Part shown: positions 27,502-36,721 of the stretch, one piece after another
Position numbering within the stretch: position 1 is the first letter of the stretch
Layout of the letters: every line of letters begins with the position of its first letter
Source: Betaproteobacteria bacterium
GTDB taxonomy: Bacteria > Pseudomonadota > Gammaproteobacteria > Burkholderiales > SG8-41
Length of the DNA stretch: 64,000 nucleotides
Assembly (NCBI GenBank): GCA_016202605.1
Contig: JACQOJ010000152.1
Coordinates: 1,350-65,349 of the forward strand
Direction of reading: 5' to 3'
Notes under the pieces: model-generated
Database searches by the model: none
What the model was told of the DNA's origin: nothing
Seen by the model: only the letters and a program-made list of their open reading frames with translations
Translations under genes and position numbers: made by a program

Positions 27502-29057
27502 ACGTTGGGCTTCAACACGACAAGCAGTCTGAAATCCGCGCTGCCCGATGGATCGCGGCTGTCGAGAGTGTTGCCCGAGAGCGCCAGCGCCGGATCGATG
27601 TTGAGCGGCAGCTTGACCACCCGCACTTCCGCCACCGCCGGGTCTCCCGCGAGCCGCTTGGCAAAGGCGTTGATCGCTTCGGTCGCCGCGCGATAATCGC
27701 CGCGGAAGGGCCGCACTTCGCCGCCGACCAAGCCGCTCTGCGTGCGCGCGGCCCCGGTCGCGGGAGGCGCAATCACCCCTGATGCGCGCGTCCGGGATCC
27801 GGCGGCGTCGACTTCGGAAGCGCCGTGCTTCCACCCCAGTTCGGCGATCACGATATCCGGGCTCCGCTCGAGCGCCCGGCTCACCACGTTCATGAACCTG
27901 TCCGGCGCGCGCGCGATGTCCCGCAGCCTTTGCGCGAGCTCGACCGCCTTCCTGAGATTCTCCGCGGAAGTCGGTGCCGCCGGAAACTGCCGGGTCGCTT
28001 CCTCATACAGCCGCTGCAGCTGCGCCGTGTGCCGCGCCGCCTCCGCTACCTGCGAGCGCGTGTCGACGACCTGCCACAGGTTGAGTCCGCTCCAGCCGGC
28101 GGCGACAAGCGCCGCCACCGCCGCGGCGGCATGGACTCCACGGCGCACCTGGTGTCGCCGGAAGCCGACCGTTACGTTGGCCGGCGCGAGATTGCCGGCG
28201 GGCGTTCTCAGTCCGAGCAACTGAAGAAACATCACATCCGCCGTGAGGCGGAGCAACGGCTCCGCGATATTGAGCCGGGAAGCGATCTCGGCTCGGCCGA
28301 GACGCACGCATTCCAGACTCGGATTATCGCTGGCGATGCTCCGTGCCGCTTCGATCAGCTCGTCGTTGCGGTCGAGAAGGCCCACCGTCAACTGCTCATC
28401 GAGCCGCGCCGCGCGCAGCGCGTGAAGATAAACACGGGTGTTCGAAATCTCGTCGGCGATGAATTGCGCGCGGTTGCCCGTTTTCCCGATCTCGCCGCGC
28501 GTAAGCCGGCTCAGCCGGAACTGGCGTTCGCGGCAAAAGGTGAGCCTCAGCCCCCCGCTGTGCTGCGAGACCAGGAGCAGGTTGGGCGCCTTCAGCCGCA
28601 GCTCCTCGATGAGCGCCGTGCTCACCATGGGCAGCAGAAAGATGCCGGCGATCGGCAGGCTGCGCGCGGCCGCCGCCTGCAGCCAGCCGCCGACGAGATC
28701 GGGGTTCGTCAGCGCCGAGAACAGAAAGCGGTCGTCGCGACGCCTGCCGCTGTCGCGCCCCAGCAGCCATGCGTTCATGTAAGGCGTGTTGCGGTAGTGC
28801 TGCCTCAGCTTGCGGCGGACCATGTCGGTCCGGTCGGAGCCGAAGGCGTGCGGCAAGGTCTCGAAGCGGTAGTCCTCCTCGACGGCGTCGACCATGAAAT
28901 GCGCCGGCACGCCCGTGAACGGCGCCAGGAATTCCTCGAACGCCGCAATGCCGGCATCGTCGCCGGAAAATACCTGGCACTCCATCAACCGGCGGCCGTG
29001 CCAACGCGCCGCAGTCGCCTGCTGGGCCGAAATGCAGATCAGGATTTTGTCAGCCAT
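27498..29057 (-). CDS. PilM-like / PilN-like fusion protein (MshI-like)
   Basis: About 300-aa cytoplasmic domain with an actin-fold-like strand pattern (LLLVSQHSGGLRLTFCRERQF), one TM (VHAAAAVAALVAAGWSGLNLW), a coiled coil, then a periplasmic domain. The call rests on architecture and context. Confidence 0.55.
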   Translation of the reverse strand: MADKILICISAQQATAARWHGRRLMECQVFSGDDAGIAAFEEFLAPFTGVPAHFMVDAVEEDYRFETLPHAFGSDRTDMVRRKLRQHYRNTPYMNAWLLGRDSGRRRDDRFLFSALTNPDLVGGWLQAAAARSLPIAGIFLLPMVSTALIEELRLKAPNLLLVSQHSGGLRLTFCRERQFRLSRLTRGEIGKTGNRAQFIADEISNTRVYLHALRAARLDEQLTVGLLDRNDELIEAARSIASDNPSLECVRLGRAEIASRLNIAEPLLRLTADVMFLQLLGLRTPAGNLAPANVTVGFRRHQVRRGVHAAAAVAALVAAGWSGLNLWQVVDTRSQVAEAARHTAQLQRLYEEATRQFPAAPTSAENLRKAVELAQRLRDIARAPDRFMNVVSRALERSPDIVIAELGWKHGASEVDAAGSRTRASGVIAPPATGAARTQSGLVGGEVRPFRGDYRAATEAINAFAKRLAGDPAVAEVRVVKLPLNIDPALALSGNTLDSRDPSGSADFRLLVVLKPNV

Positions 29058-29060
29058 TCG

Positions 29061-30269
29061 CTAGAACTTCAGCTTGCCCAAAATATCATACACCGGGGAG
29101 AGCACCGACCACAGGATCAGCGCGAGCAGCACGCCGAGGCCGAGCGTGAGCGTGGGCTCGAGCAGCTTGAGTGCCTTGTCGACGGATTCGCGCACGTCGC
29201 GGGTGTAGAAGTAACTGACGTTGTTCAACGCGGTGTCGAGCGCGCCCGTGTTCTCTCCCACGTGCAGCATGCGGATGACGAGAGGGGGGAACATGCCGAG
29301 ATTACGGAACGCCTCGGTCAGGTTGTCGCCCGCCGTGATCTGCTGTCCCGCGCGCATCACGCCGTCGGCGATCACGCGGTTATCGACGATGGACTCGCAT
29401 GTCCTGAGCGCTTCGAGCACCGTGATGCCCGACTGGTACATCAGCGCGAAGAAGTTGGCGAAGCGCGCGAGGATGATCTTCTGCAGGATGGGGCCGGTCA
29501 GCGGGACATGGAGTTTCGTGTAATCCCACATATACGCCGCGACCGGATTGCGCCGCACGACGAAGACGAGCGCCGCGGCCGCCGCCGCGGGTGCGCCGAG
29601 GACGAGCGGCCAGTAGTCGATCACGAGGTTGGACGCGAATATCAGCACCCGGGTCTGCACCGGCAGCGCGATGCCCATGGTCTTCAGCAGCGACACGACC
29701 TGCGGCACCAGAAACACCAGCAGGAACGCGACCACCGCGATCACGACGATCAGCACCATCGCAGGATAGATCAGCAGGCGCTGCGTCTGGGACACGAGCT
29801 CGTCCTGCCATTTGAGCGATGCGGCGAGATTTTCGAACACCTCGGCCATGCGGCCGGTTTGCTCGCCGGCGCGGACCAGGCTCACGAACACGTTGTCGAA
29901 GACGCCGGGGTGCGCGGCCATGCACTGCGACATGACCTTGCCGCCCTCCATGTCCTCGGTCATGGCGGTCAGCACTTCGCGCAAGCGCGGACTGTCGATG
30001 GTGTCGCGCAGGTCGCGCAGGCCGTCGATCAGGGGGATGCCGGACCGGCTCATCTGCTCCATGTCGAAGCAGAAGTTGATCAGGTCCTGGCGCGTGATCC
30101 TGCCGCTGTTGGCGAACCTGGAGACTTTCTGATCGAGCTGCCGGTAGGTAATGAGATCGAGACCCATGCGCCGCAGGCGCAGTTCGAGATCGATCTCGTT
30201 GACCGCATCGAGCGCACCGCGCGCCGGCCTGCCTCCCCTGTCCACCGCCTTGTACTGGTATGAGGGCAT
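29061..30269 (-). CDS. Type II secretion system F family platform protein (PilC/GspF/MshG-like)
   Basis: MPSYQYKAVDRGGRPARGALDAVNEIDLELRLRRMGLDLI, two T2SSF repeats, three TM segments. Confidence 0.9.
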   Translation of the reverse strand: MPSYQYKAVDRGGRPARGALDAVNEIDLELRLRRMGLDLITYRQLDQKVSRFANSGRITRQDLINFCFDMEQMSRSGIPLIDGLRDLRDTIDSPRLREVLTAMTEDMEGGKVMSQCMAAHPGVFDNVFVSLVRAGEQTGRMAEVFENLAASLKWQDELVSQTQRLLIYPAMVLIVVIAVVAFLLVFLVPQVVSLLKTMGIALPVQTRVLIFASNLVIDYWPLVLGAPAAAAAALVFVVRRNPVAAYMWDYTKLHVPLTGPILQKIILARFANFFALMYQSGITVLEALRTCESIVDNRVIADGVMRAGQQITAGDNLTEAFRNLGMFPPLVIRMLHVGENTGALDTALNNVSYFYTRDVRESVDKALKLLEPTLTLGLGVLLALILWSVLSPVYDILGKLKF

Positions 30270-30277
30270 GGGGCGCT

Positions 30278-30363
30278 AATGACGAATGATGAATGATGAA
30301 CGATGAATGACGGGCCGGGCCTTGGGGAAGATCGGGACCGTGTCCATCATTCCGTATCAGTCG
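30278..30363. repeat. Intergenic heptamer array with partial inverted partner (element R3)
   Basis: AATGACG AATGATG AATGATG AACGATG AATGACG (30278-30312). The partner GTCCATCATTCCGTATCAGTCGT spans the GspE-family stop (TCA 30357-30359). Confidence 0.7.
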
Positions 30364-32060
30364 TAGCGTCCGGTCAAATCCACCTCGCGCGATACCTCGG
30401 CAAGGCTGGTGGTGCCGTCGGCCACCCGCCGCAGGCCCTCTCTCGCCAGCGTCCGGAATTCCTTGGCCATGGAGGCGGCTCGCAGTTCCTTGACCGTCGC
30501 GCGGCGCGCGACCAGTTCGTCCAGATCGCTGTCCATGATGAGCAGTTCCATGATCGCCGCCCGGCCCTTGTACCCCTTGTTTTCGCATTGCTTGCAGCCG
30601 ACCGGGCGGTAGAGGTACGAGACCGACTCCGCGACCTGCCCCAGCAGCAGGCGCTCCTCCGGGGACGGCGCGTAAGCCTCCTTGCAATGCGCGCAGAGCA
30701 CGCGCACGAGACGCTGCGCGATGACGCCGATGATGTTGCCCGCCATGATATCGGGCTGGATGCCGATGTCGAGCAACCGCGGGAAGGCGCCAAGGGCGGA
30801 GTTGGTGTGCAGGGTGGTGAAGACCTGGTGACCGGTCATCGCCGCGCGGAACGCCATTTCGGCGGTTTCCTTGTCGCGCACTTCGCCCACGAGAATGATG
30901 TCGGGATCCTGGCGCATGATCGAACGAATGCCGTTCGCGAAATCCATCCGCGCCACTTCGTTGACCGAGGTCTGGCGCATGAGCGTCAGGGGATACTCGA
31001 CGGGATCCTCGAGCGTCATGATGTTGACGGTTTCGTCGTTGACCTCCGCGAGCAGCGAATAGAGGGTGGTGGTCTTGCCGCTGCCGGTGGGACCCGTCAC
31101 GATGAGGATACCTTCCGGGCGCGCGAGCATGAGCTTGAGCTTCGCCAGCGTGTCCGCGGAGAGGTTCATGCGGTCGAGGCTGATGATCGATTTTTCGCGA
31201 TCGAGCACCCGCAAAACGACGTTCTCGCCGTAGATCGTGGGCTGGGTCGAGACCCGGAAGTCCACCTGGCGCCCGGAGAGCGTCAACGACAGCCGCCCAT
31301 CCTGCGGGGCACGGGTTTCCGCGATGTTCATGTCGCTCACGACCTTGAGCCGGACAGTGATGCCGGGCATGTAGCTTTTGTGCAGGCTGCGCACGGTTTC
31401 CAGCACGCCGTCGATGCGGTAACGAATGCGCATGAACGCATACTCGGGCTCGAAATGGATATCGGAGGCCCCGCGCTTGACCGCATCCACCAGCAGCGCG
31501 TTGACGAGCCGCACCATGGGCTGCGTGTATTCGTCGCCGCCGGCCTGCAGGCTCTCGTAATCGATCTCGCCGGTCTCGATCTCGTGCAGAATGCCGTCCA
31601 CCGAGAGTTCGTAGCCGTAGAACTGGTCGATATAGTTCTCGAGCTGGGCTTCGCTCGCGAACTGGGGCTTGACCTCCATCTGTCCGCCCAGCATCGCGCG
31701 CAACTGGTCCATGACCACGACGTTGAAAATTTCCGCGGTCGCAATGGTCAGAACGCGCTCGACCGGCTCGTAGGCGATCGGCAGGATGCGATTGCGGCGG
31801 GCGAATTCCTGGGGCACCATCTTCAGCGCTTCGGAGTCGGCCACGACCTGAGAGAGGTCGATCGACTCCTGGCCGATCGTGCGCGCCATGATGTCGCGGA
31901 TCGCGGTCTCGGTGACGAACCCGAGCCTCACCAGCAGGCGCCCGATCGGAACGTTGCTGTGGCGCTGCTCGGCGAGCGCGATCGCCAGCTGATCGGTGGT
32001 AATCAACCCTTGCTGTACCAGCAGATCGCCGAGTCTGAATTTCTTGCGCTGTTCAGCCAC
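30357..32060 (-). CDS. GspE/PilB-family secretion ATPase with MshEN-type N-terminal domain (MshE-like)
   Basis: N-terminal RLGDLLVQQGLITTDQLAIALAEQ, Walker A GPTGSGKTTT, Walker B ILVGEVRD, tetracysteine CAHC...CKQC. Confidence 0.93.
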   Translation of the reverse strand: MAEQRKKFRLGDLLVQQGLITTDQLAIALAEQRHSNVPIGRLLVRLGFVTETAIRDIMARTIGQESIDLSQVVADSEALKMVPQEFARRNRILPIAYEPVERVLTIATAEIFNVVVMDQLRAMLGGQMEVKPQFASEAQLENYIDQFYGYELSVDGILHEIETGEIDYESLQAGGDEYTQPMVRLVNALLVDAVKRGASDIHFEPEYAFMRIRYRIDGVLETVRSLHKSYMPGITVRLKVVSDMNIAETRAPQDGRLSLTLSGRQVDFRVSTQPTIYGENVVLRVLDREKSIISLDRMNLSADTLAKLKLMLARPEGILIVTGPTGSGKTTTLYSLLAEVNDETVNIMTLEDPVEYPLTLMRQTSVNEVARMDFANGIRSIMRQDPDIILVGEVRDKETAEMAFRAAMTGHQVFTTLHTNSALGAFPRLLDIGIQPDIMAGNIIGVIAQRLVRVLCAHCKEAYAPSPEERLLLGQVAESVSYLYRPVGCKQCENKGYKGRAAIMELLIMDSDLDELVARRATVKELRAASMAKEFRTLAREGLRRVADGTTSLAEVSREVDLTGRYD

Positions 32061-32076
32061 GCTTCACCTTGGCCAC

Positions 32077-33294
32077 CTATTCCGATTGCGCGGCGAGTTT
32101 GCCGATGCGTTCCCGGGCCAGGGCGGAGTTGAAGTTGGCATGTCCCCGGGCTGAGGCCAGTTCCACGGCCCGGCGATAAAAATCAAGGGCGAGCCGCGGC
32201 TGGTCCAGGTGCTCGAGCCCGACCGCCAGGTTGTAGGCATAGTCGGGATTAGCCGCATCCCGATGGTGCGCCTGGAAATAGGCCTGCTGCGCCTGCGCCC
32301 AGAGAGACTGGTCCGCATAGAGATTGCCCAACGTGAAGTAGAGGAAAGCGGAGGGTTCCCGCGCGATGATCTGTTTCAGACGCGTCTCCGCGGCGAGCGG
32401 ATCGGCGCGCCCCATCAGACCGATCAGGCCCGACTGGGCCAGCGCGTGGCGGGGATCGAGTTCGAGGATGGCGAGATAATGCTTCGTGGCATCCCCGGTC
32501 CTGCCTTCCTGCGTGGCAATCGCGGCAAGTCCGAGCAGAGCGTCAACGTTCTGCGGCTCGACGCGCACGAGCTGGCCGTACAGCTCGCGGGCAGCATCCA
32601 GGCGGCCCGCCTGGAGCGCGGCGTACGCTTCCGCGAGCGGTGCGCTGATCGCCGGTGCCGCGCTGCCGCGGCTCACGACGATGGTGTTGCGGGGTGCTGC
32701 CGCTTCCGCCTTCTGCGGAACCGGTGCGGCGGCCGGCCTGGGCGCGGGCGCCGGGATGGTTGCAGGAGGAGCGGTCGGGCGCGACGACGGCTCCGGAATG
32801 CTCGATTCCAGCAAAGTGGAGGCGGGAATCGGCGGCACCACTGTCGCGGGAGGGGGTGGCGCCGGGGTAGGTGCCTGGACGAGAGACGAGGGTTGCCCGG
32901 CTCCGGGTGACGGAGTGATGAAGAGGGCGGGATGGTAAATCTGCAGGTAGACGTAGATTCCGAAACCGGCGGCGAACAGTGCCGCGCAAACGCTGACCAC
33001 GACCAGCGGGCGGGCACGCACGAACGCGGTGACACCCCCGCCTCCTGCCTGCATCGAGGTTGCAGCCCGTTTTTGTTCGCGCAATGGTGGTGCGGCGGAA
33101 GCGCGGGGTCCGCCACCGGGCCCGGACGGGGACTCATCCTTCAGCCGCGGGGAGGGCGTGTCCGCCGCCAGCAGCTCGAGCGCGAGCGAGAGCTCGGGTC
33201 GCGGTTCGGTGACGGTCGCGGGCGAGCCCTGATCCGTTCGTGCTTCGCCCCGGTCTTTCGCGGCCTTTTCCAAGGCCTTCATGAGCAGACTCAT
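32077..33294 (-). CDS. TPR-repeat protein with TM anchor and Pro/Ala-rich linker (MshN-like)
   Basis: MSLLMKALEKAAKD N-terminus, TM VVVSVCAALFAAGFGIYVYL, C-terminal TPR repeats. ATGA overlap with the secretin stop (33291-33294). Confidence 0.65.
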   Translation of the reverse strand: MSLLMKALEKAAKDRGEARTDQGSPATVTEPRPELSLALELLAADTPSPRLKDESPSGPGGGPRASAAPPLREQKRAATSMQAGGGGVTAFVRARPLVVVSVCAALFAAGFGIYVYLQIYHPALFITPSPGAGQPSSLVQAPTPAPPPPATVVPPIPASTLLESSIPEPSSRPTAPPATIPAPAPRPAAAPVPQKAEAAAPRNTIVVSRGSAAPAISAPLAEAYAALQAGRLDAARELYGQLVRVEPQNVDALLGLAAIATQEGRTGDATKHYLAILELDPRHALAQSGLIGLMGRADPLAAETRLKQIIAREPSAFLYFTLGNLYADQSLWAQAQQAYFQAHHRDAANPDYAYNLAVGLEHLDQPRLALDFYRRAVELASARGHANFNSALARERIGKLAAQSE

Positions 33295-35234
33295 TGCGCA
33301 GCGCCGGTTTTCTCTGCGGGTGAATTCCCGGTCTGAGGCAGGTAGCGCTGGAAAAACTTGAGTTCGTCGCTCGCCAGCGATGGATTGGAGATCACCGTCG
33401 TGCGCAGGAAGATGACCAACTCGTTTTTCGTGGCTCTCTCGTCGCGGAACGCAAACGCCTCGCCGACTTGCGGCTGGCTTCCCGCGACCGGGACTTGGTC
33501 GCGATCGCGCCTGGTTTCGTTCTGCATGAGTCCGCCGAGGATGACCGTCTGGCCGCTGCCGACCTGCAGCACGGACTCCATTTCGCGGATCTGGATCTCC
33601 GGGACCGGATTCTGAATCTGCTGGCCGCCGACGACCAGGCTGGGATTGGGATCGTTCACGAAGCGCAGGACCCGCGAGATCGTCGGCCGCACCGTGAGCG
33701 ACACGCGGCCATCGTCGTTGATCTGGGGCGTGACGCCCATCACCACCCCGACCGACACGAACTTGGGTGTGCTGTTGAACGTGGTGGTCGCCACTCCCTG
33801 CGTGGTGTTGGTCTGCGCCTGCAGCTCGAAATACACCACGTTGTCCACGACCTTGAGCAGCGCTGTCTGGTTGTTGAGCGCCATCAGCTTGGGACTCGAC
33901 AGCACGCGCGTCTGGCCAAATTGTTCGAGCAGCTTGATGGTCAGGCTGATATCGCCCGTGCGCTGGTTGTTCTGGTTGAAGAACAGGGCGAAGAACGGCG
34001 CGGTGGCGAGATTGCTTCCCAGCAACGCCTGGCTGAAGGCGATGCCGCCGCTCGTGGAGATCCGGCTCCAGTCGACCCCGCCCTGATAGGCCTGCGAGAG
34101 CTGGACTTCGACGATGGTCGCTTCGATCAGCACCTGGCGCTGCGCGGCCGCCGTGATGCTGTCCAGGTGCTGCTGGACGAGGTTGTGCTGGCGCTCGGTG
34201 GCGATGACGCTGACGGTACCGCTCACCGGATTGACGATCACGTCATCCCGCGCATCCGGCGCCTGGGATGCGGGCGTGCCGCGGAAGGCCGCGGCGAAAA
34301 GCGTCGTCGCGCCCTGGCCGGCGCGCGCCACCGCTTCGGCCTGCTTCAACGCGGTGTCCCGTGCCGCGCGCTGTTCCTCCGCGATCTTCGCCTTTTCTTC
34401 CGCAGTGAGGCTGCTCGCGCGCGTCGAAGCGAGTATCGCGCGAATGTTTTCGCGCAATTGTTCCCAGAAGTTGTTGTTGGACACCGTGCGCACGACGGTG
34501 CTCGAACCCCCGGCGGTTCCCGGCGTGCCGCCGGATCTCCCCGCGGCGGCGCCGGCCGCGCCGCCGCCGGCCGCCGTGAGTTCACCCGATACCCCGATCG
34601 TTGAGGTCGTATCGCGCGTCATGTTCACGTAATTGACGCGGTAAGTGCGCAGGTGCGGCGTGTCGGGAGATACGACGATGGTGTTGCCTTCGATGCGGTA
34701 GCGCATGTTGACCTGCCTGGCGATGCGATCGAGGATCGCCGGCAGCGTTTCATTGATGGCGTTGAGGCTTACCAGCCCCCGCAGGCCGGAATGGATGTCG
34801 ATGTTCTGCTTCGTGTCCCGCGCGAGCGCCAGCAACAACTCCTTCACCGGTACTTCGTTGACGACGACGCTGTAAGTTTGCGGCTTCACGGCCGGTCTGG
34901 GTGGCGGCACGAAGGTCGTCACCCGGGCCGGCGGGGGAATCGCTCTTTCAGGTTCCGGCTTCACCGGCGGTGCGGCGATGTGGCCCTCGGATGGGGGAAC
35001 GTCGGGGCGGATGTTGGCGCAACCCGCAAGCATGAACATGAGGAACAGGCCGCAGGCAACGGCAGGATTCCTCCCGTCGGGCGCGAGCGAAAGCGAGGTG
35101 AATTCAGGCAACGCTGGAGATACTGTGCACGACGGTGCGCGACCAGCCGCAAACTCTGCTTGCATTGTCATCCCCCGCTCAACCGCCAACACGCACGATT
35201 CAGCAATTCGTTCCTGCCGTCGCGCTTCGATCAA
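33291..35234 (-). CDS. Secretin (GspD/PilQ/MshL family); start codon uncertain
   Basis: C-terminal secretin domain: VLIEATIVEV, SSPKLMALNNQTALLKV, TVILGGL, IFLRTTVI. The lipobox FMLAG/C is at residue 72 of the longest ORF. Confidence 0.88.
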   Translation of the reverse strand: MIEARRQERIAESCVLAVERGMTMQAEFAAGRAPSCTVSPALPEFTSLSLAPDGRNPAVACGLFLMFMLAGCANIRPDVPPSEGHIAAPPVKPEPERAIPPPARVTTFVPPPRPAVKPQTYSVVVNEVPVKELLLALARDTKQNIDIHSGLRGLVSLNAINETLPAILDRIARQVNMRYRIEGNTIVVSPDTPHLRTYRVNYVNMTRDTTSTIGVSGELTAAGGGAAGAAAGRSGGTPGTAGGSSTVVRTVSNNNFWEQLRENIRAILASTRASSLTAEEKAKIAEEQRAARDTALKQAEAVARAGQGATTLFAAAFRGTPASQAPDARDDVIVNPVSGTVSVIATERQHNLVQQHLDSITAAAQRQVLIEATIVEVQLSQAYQGGVDWSRISTSGGIAFSQALLGSNLATAPFFALFFNQNNQRTGDISLTIKLLEQFGQTRVLSSPKLMALNNQTALLKVVDNVVYFELQAQTNTTQGVATTTFNSTPKFVSVGVVMGVTPQINDDGRVSLTVRPTISRVLRFVNDPNPSLVVGGQQIQNPVPEIQIREMESVLQVGSGQTVILGGLMQNETRRDRDQVPVAGSQPQVGEAFAFRDERATKNELVIFLRTTVISNPSLASDELKFFQRYLPQTGNSPAEKTGAAQ

Positions 35235-36682
35235 GAGCGCTGATGCCGCTCGATCTCCGTGCGAATTCCGCGAACGGTGCGCAGGATCGGCCGATTCGCC
35301 TTGAGCGCCGGCGGCAACTTCTCGAGCGCGTCCTGCGCCGCGCGGCGGTCGCTGAAGCTGCCGTACAAAACCGTCAGCGACGCCTTGCGATTAGCTACCG
35401 TACGATACAAAAAAACCCCATTTATTTCAATGAATTTTGCGATGTCGTTGAGATGGCGTGTGAGCTGCTCCTCGCTGTCCGCGCCGAGCAGCTGAATACT
35501 GTAGGTCGTCTCTTCGGCGTCTGCCAGCCATGCGCGGGTTGCGGCGAGACGTTGCCCGACAAGACCGGACTCGGTGCCCGGCTGGACGAGCGCGGGCGCA
35601 GCCGTGCTCGCCGCCGGGCTTGCGGGTATCGCCGTCTCCGTGCCGCCCGCGTCCAGGCCGCCGGCATGGGCTCGCGTCGGGATCGGGGTGGTCATGGCGG
35701 CAGGTGCTGCGCGTCCCGCGCTCGGCGCGGGGGACTGCGCCTCGGCGCCGCCCTGCGCATCACCCCTGCCGCTATGGCTGATCAGGGCATAAATGACCGC
35801 GCCGATCGCCGCGCCCGCCAGCACGAGCGCCGCTGCCCATGGAAACCGTGATCGTACCGCGAATCGCCGGTCCTGGCTGAATTCACTGTCACGCACCGCC
35901 GCTTTGATGTGCCGTGGCCTGATGTTGTGGGTGTTTTCCGAAAAAGCCGCCAGCAGCGCCTTGTCCGCGATCACATTGACGCGGCGCGTGAGCCCGTTCG
36001 ACGCGCGCGCGACGAGCTTCACGACCGCAGAGGAGAACAGGTCCGGCCCGCGGTAGCCGGCCGCCCGCATGCGGAACATCAGGTATTCGCGTATCTCTTC
36101 CGCGGTGAGCGGTTCGAGCCGGAAGCTGTGAGTGATGCGCTCCCGCAACTGGCGAATGTTGGGCCGCCGCAGATTCTCATCGAGTTCGGGCTGACCGAAA
36201 AGCACGATCTGCAGCAGCTTGTCGTCGCGCGTTTCGAGGTTGGACAGCAGCCGGATTTCCTCGAGAGTCGCCAGCGGCATGCTCTGCGACTCCTCGACGA
36301 ACACCACCACCCTTTTGCCTTCGGCGTGGCGTTTGAGCAGATAGTCCTGCAGCAGGTGCATGATCTCGAGCCGGGGCGCCGTGCGCTCGATGCCGAGCTG
36401 CAGCTCGAAGGCGATCGCGTGCAGGATTTCCTCGGGCGCGACGCTGGGATGCGGGAGGTAGACCGTCTCGATACGCGGGGGCAGCCGGGTCTGCAGCATG
36501 TTGCACAGCATGGTCTTGCCGCTGCCGACTTCGCCGGTGACCTTGACGATGCCCTCACCGCTGGTCACCGCGTAGATCAGCGCCTCCAGAATCGGGCCGC
36601 GATTGCCGCCGCTGAAAAAGAACTCGGTGTTGGGCGTAATCTTGAACGGCGCCTGGTTCAGTCCGAAATGACTGTAATACAT
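35231..36682 (-). CDS. ExeA/MshM-family AAA ATPase fused to a TM segment and a C-terminal SPOR-like domain
   Basis: MYYSHFGLNQAPFKITPNTEFFF, Walker A GEVGSGKT, Walker B VVVFVEESQ. TM AAALVLAGAAIGAVIYALI, an Ala/Pro-rich linker, then YSIQLLGADSEEQLTRHL...LYGSFSDRRAAQDAL. Confidence 0.8.
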   Translation of the reverse strand: MYYSHFGLNQAPFKITPNTEFFFSGGNRGPILEALIYAVTSGEGIVKVTGEVGSGKTMLCNMLQTRLPPRIETVYLPHPSVAPEEILHAIAFELQLGIERTAPRLEIMHLLQDYLLKRHAEGKRVVVFVEESQSMPLATLEEIRLLSNLETRDDKLLQIVLFGQPELDENLRRPNIRQLRERITHSFRLEPLTAEEIREYLMFRMRAAGYRGPDLFSSAVVKLVARASNGLTRRVNVIADKALLAAFSENTHNIRPRHIKAAVRDSEFSQDRRFAVRSRFPWAAALVLAGAAIGAVIYALISHSGRGDAQGGAEAQSPAPSAGRAAPAAMTTPIPTRAHAGGLDAGGTETAIPASPAASTAAPALVQPGTESGLVGQRLAATRAWLADAEETTYSIQLLGADSEEQLTRHLNDIAKFIEINGVFLYRTVANRKASLTVLYGSFSDRRAAQDALEKLPPALKANRPILRTVRGIRTEIERHQRS

Positions 36683-36721
36683 ATTCCCTCGCGGTCATGC
36701 CCTATGGCCGGATGATCACCG

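Noticed and set aside
27825-30263. Very long antisense ORFs in the track: 27825..30263 (812 aa), 30303..32132, 22528..23934, 18431..19810, 5977..7323, 46920..48854, 48956..50683, 36737..38317
   Set aside because: Each lies opposite a gene with strong family motifs. Their products are Arg/Ala/Gly/Pro/His-rich low-complexity strings with no recognisable motifs. Stop-poor antisense frames are expected in GC-rich DNA.
24435-36682. Classical type II secretion system
   Set aside because: There are no GspC, GspL or GspM-like genes and no set of five pseudopilins. The presence of PilM/N/O-like proteins, an ExeA-like ATPase, a TPR protein and an MshEN-type ATPase fits the MSH / type IV pilus class better.
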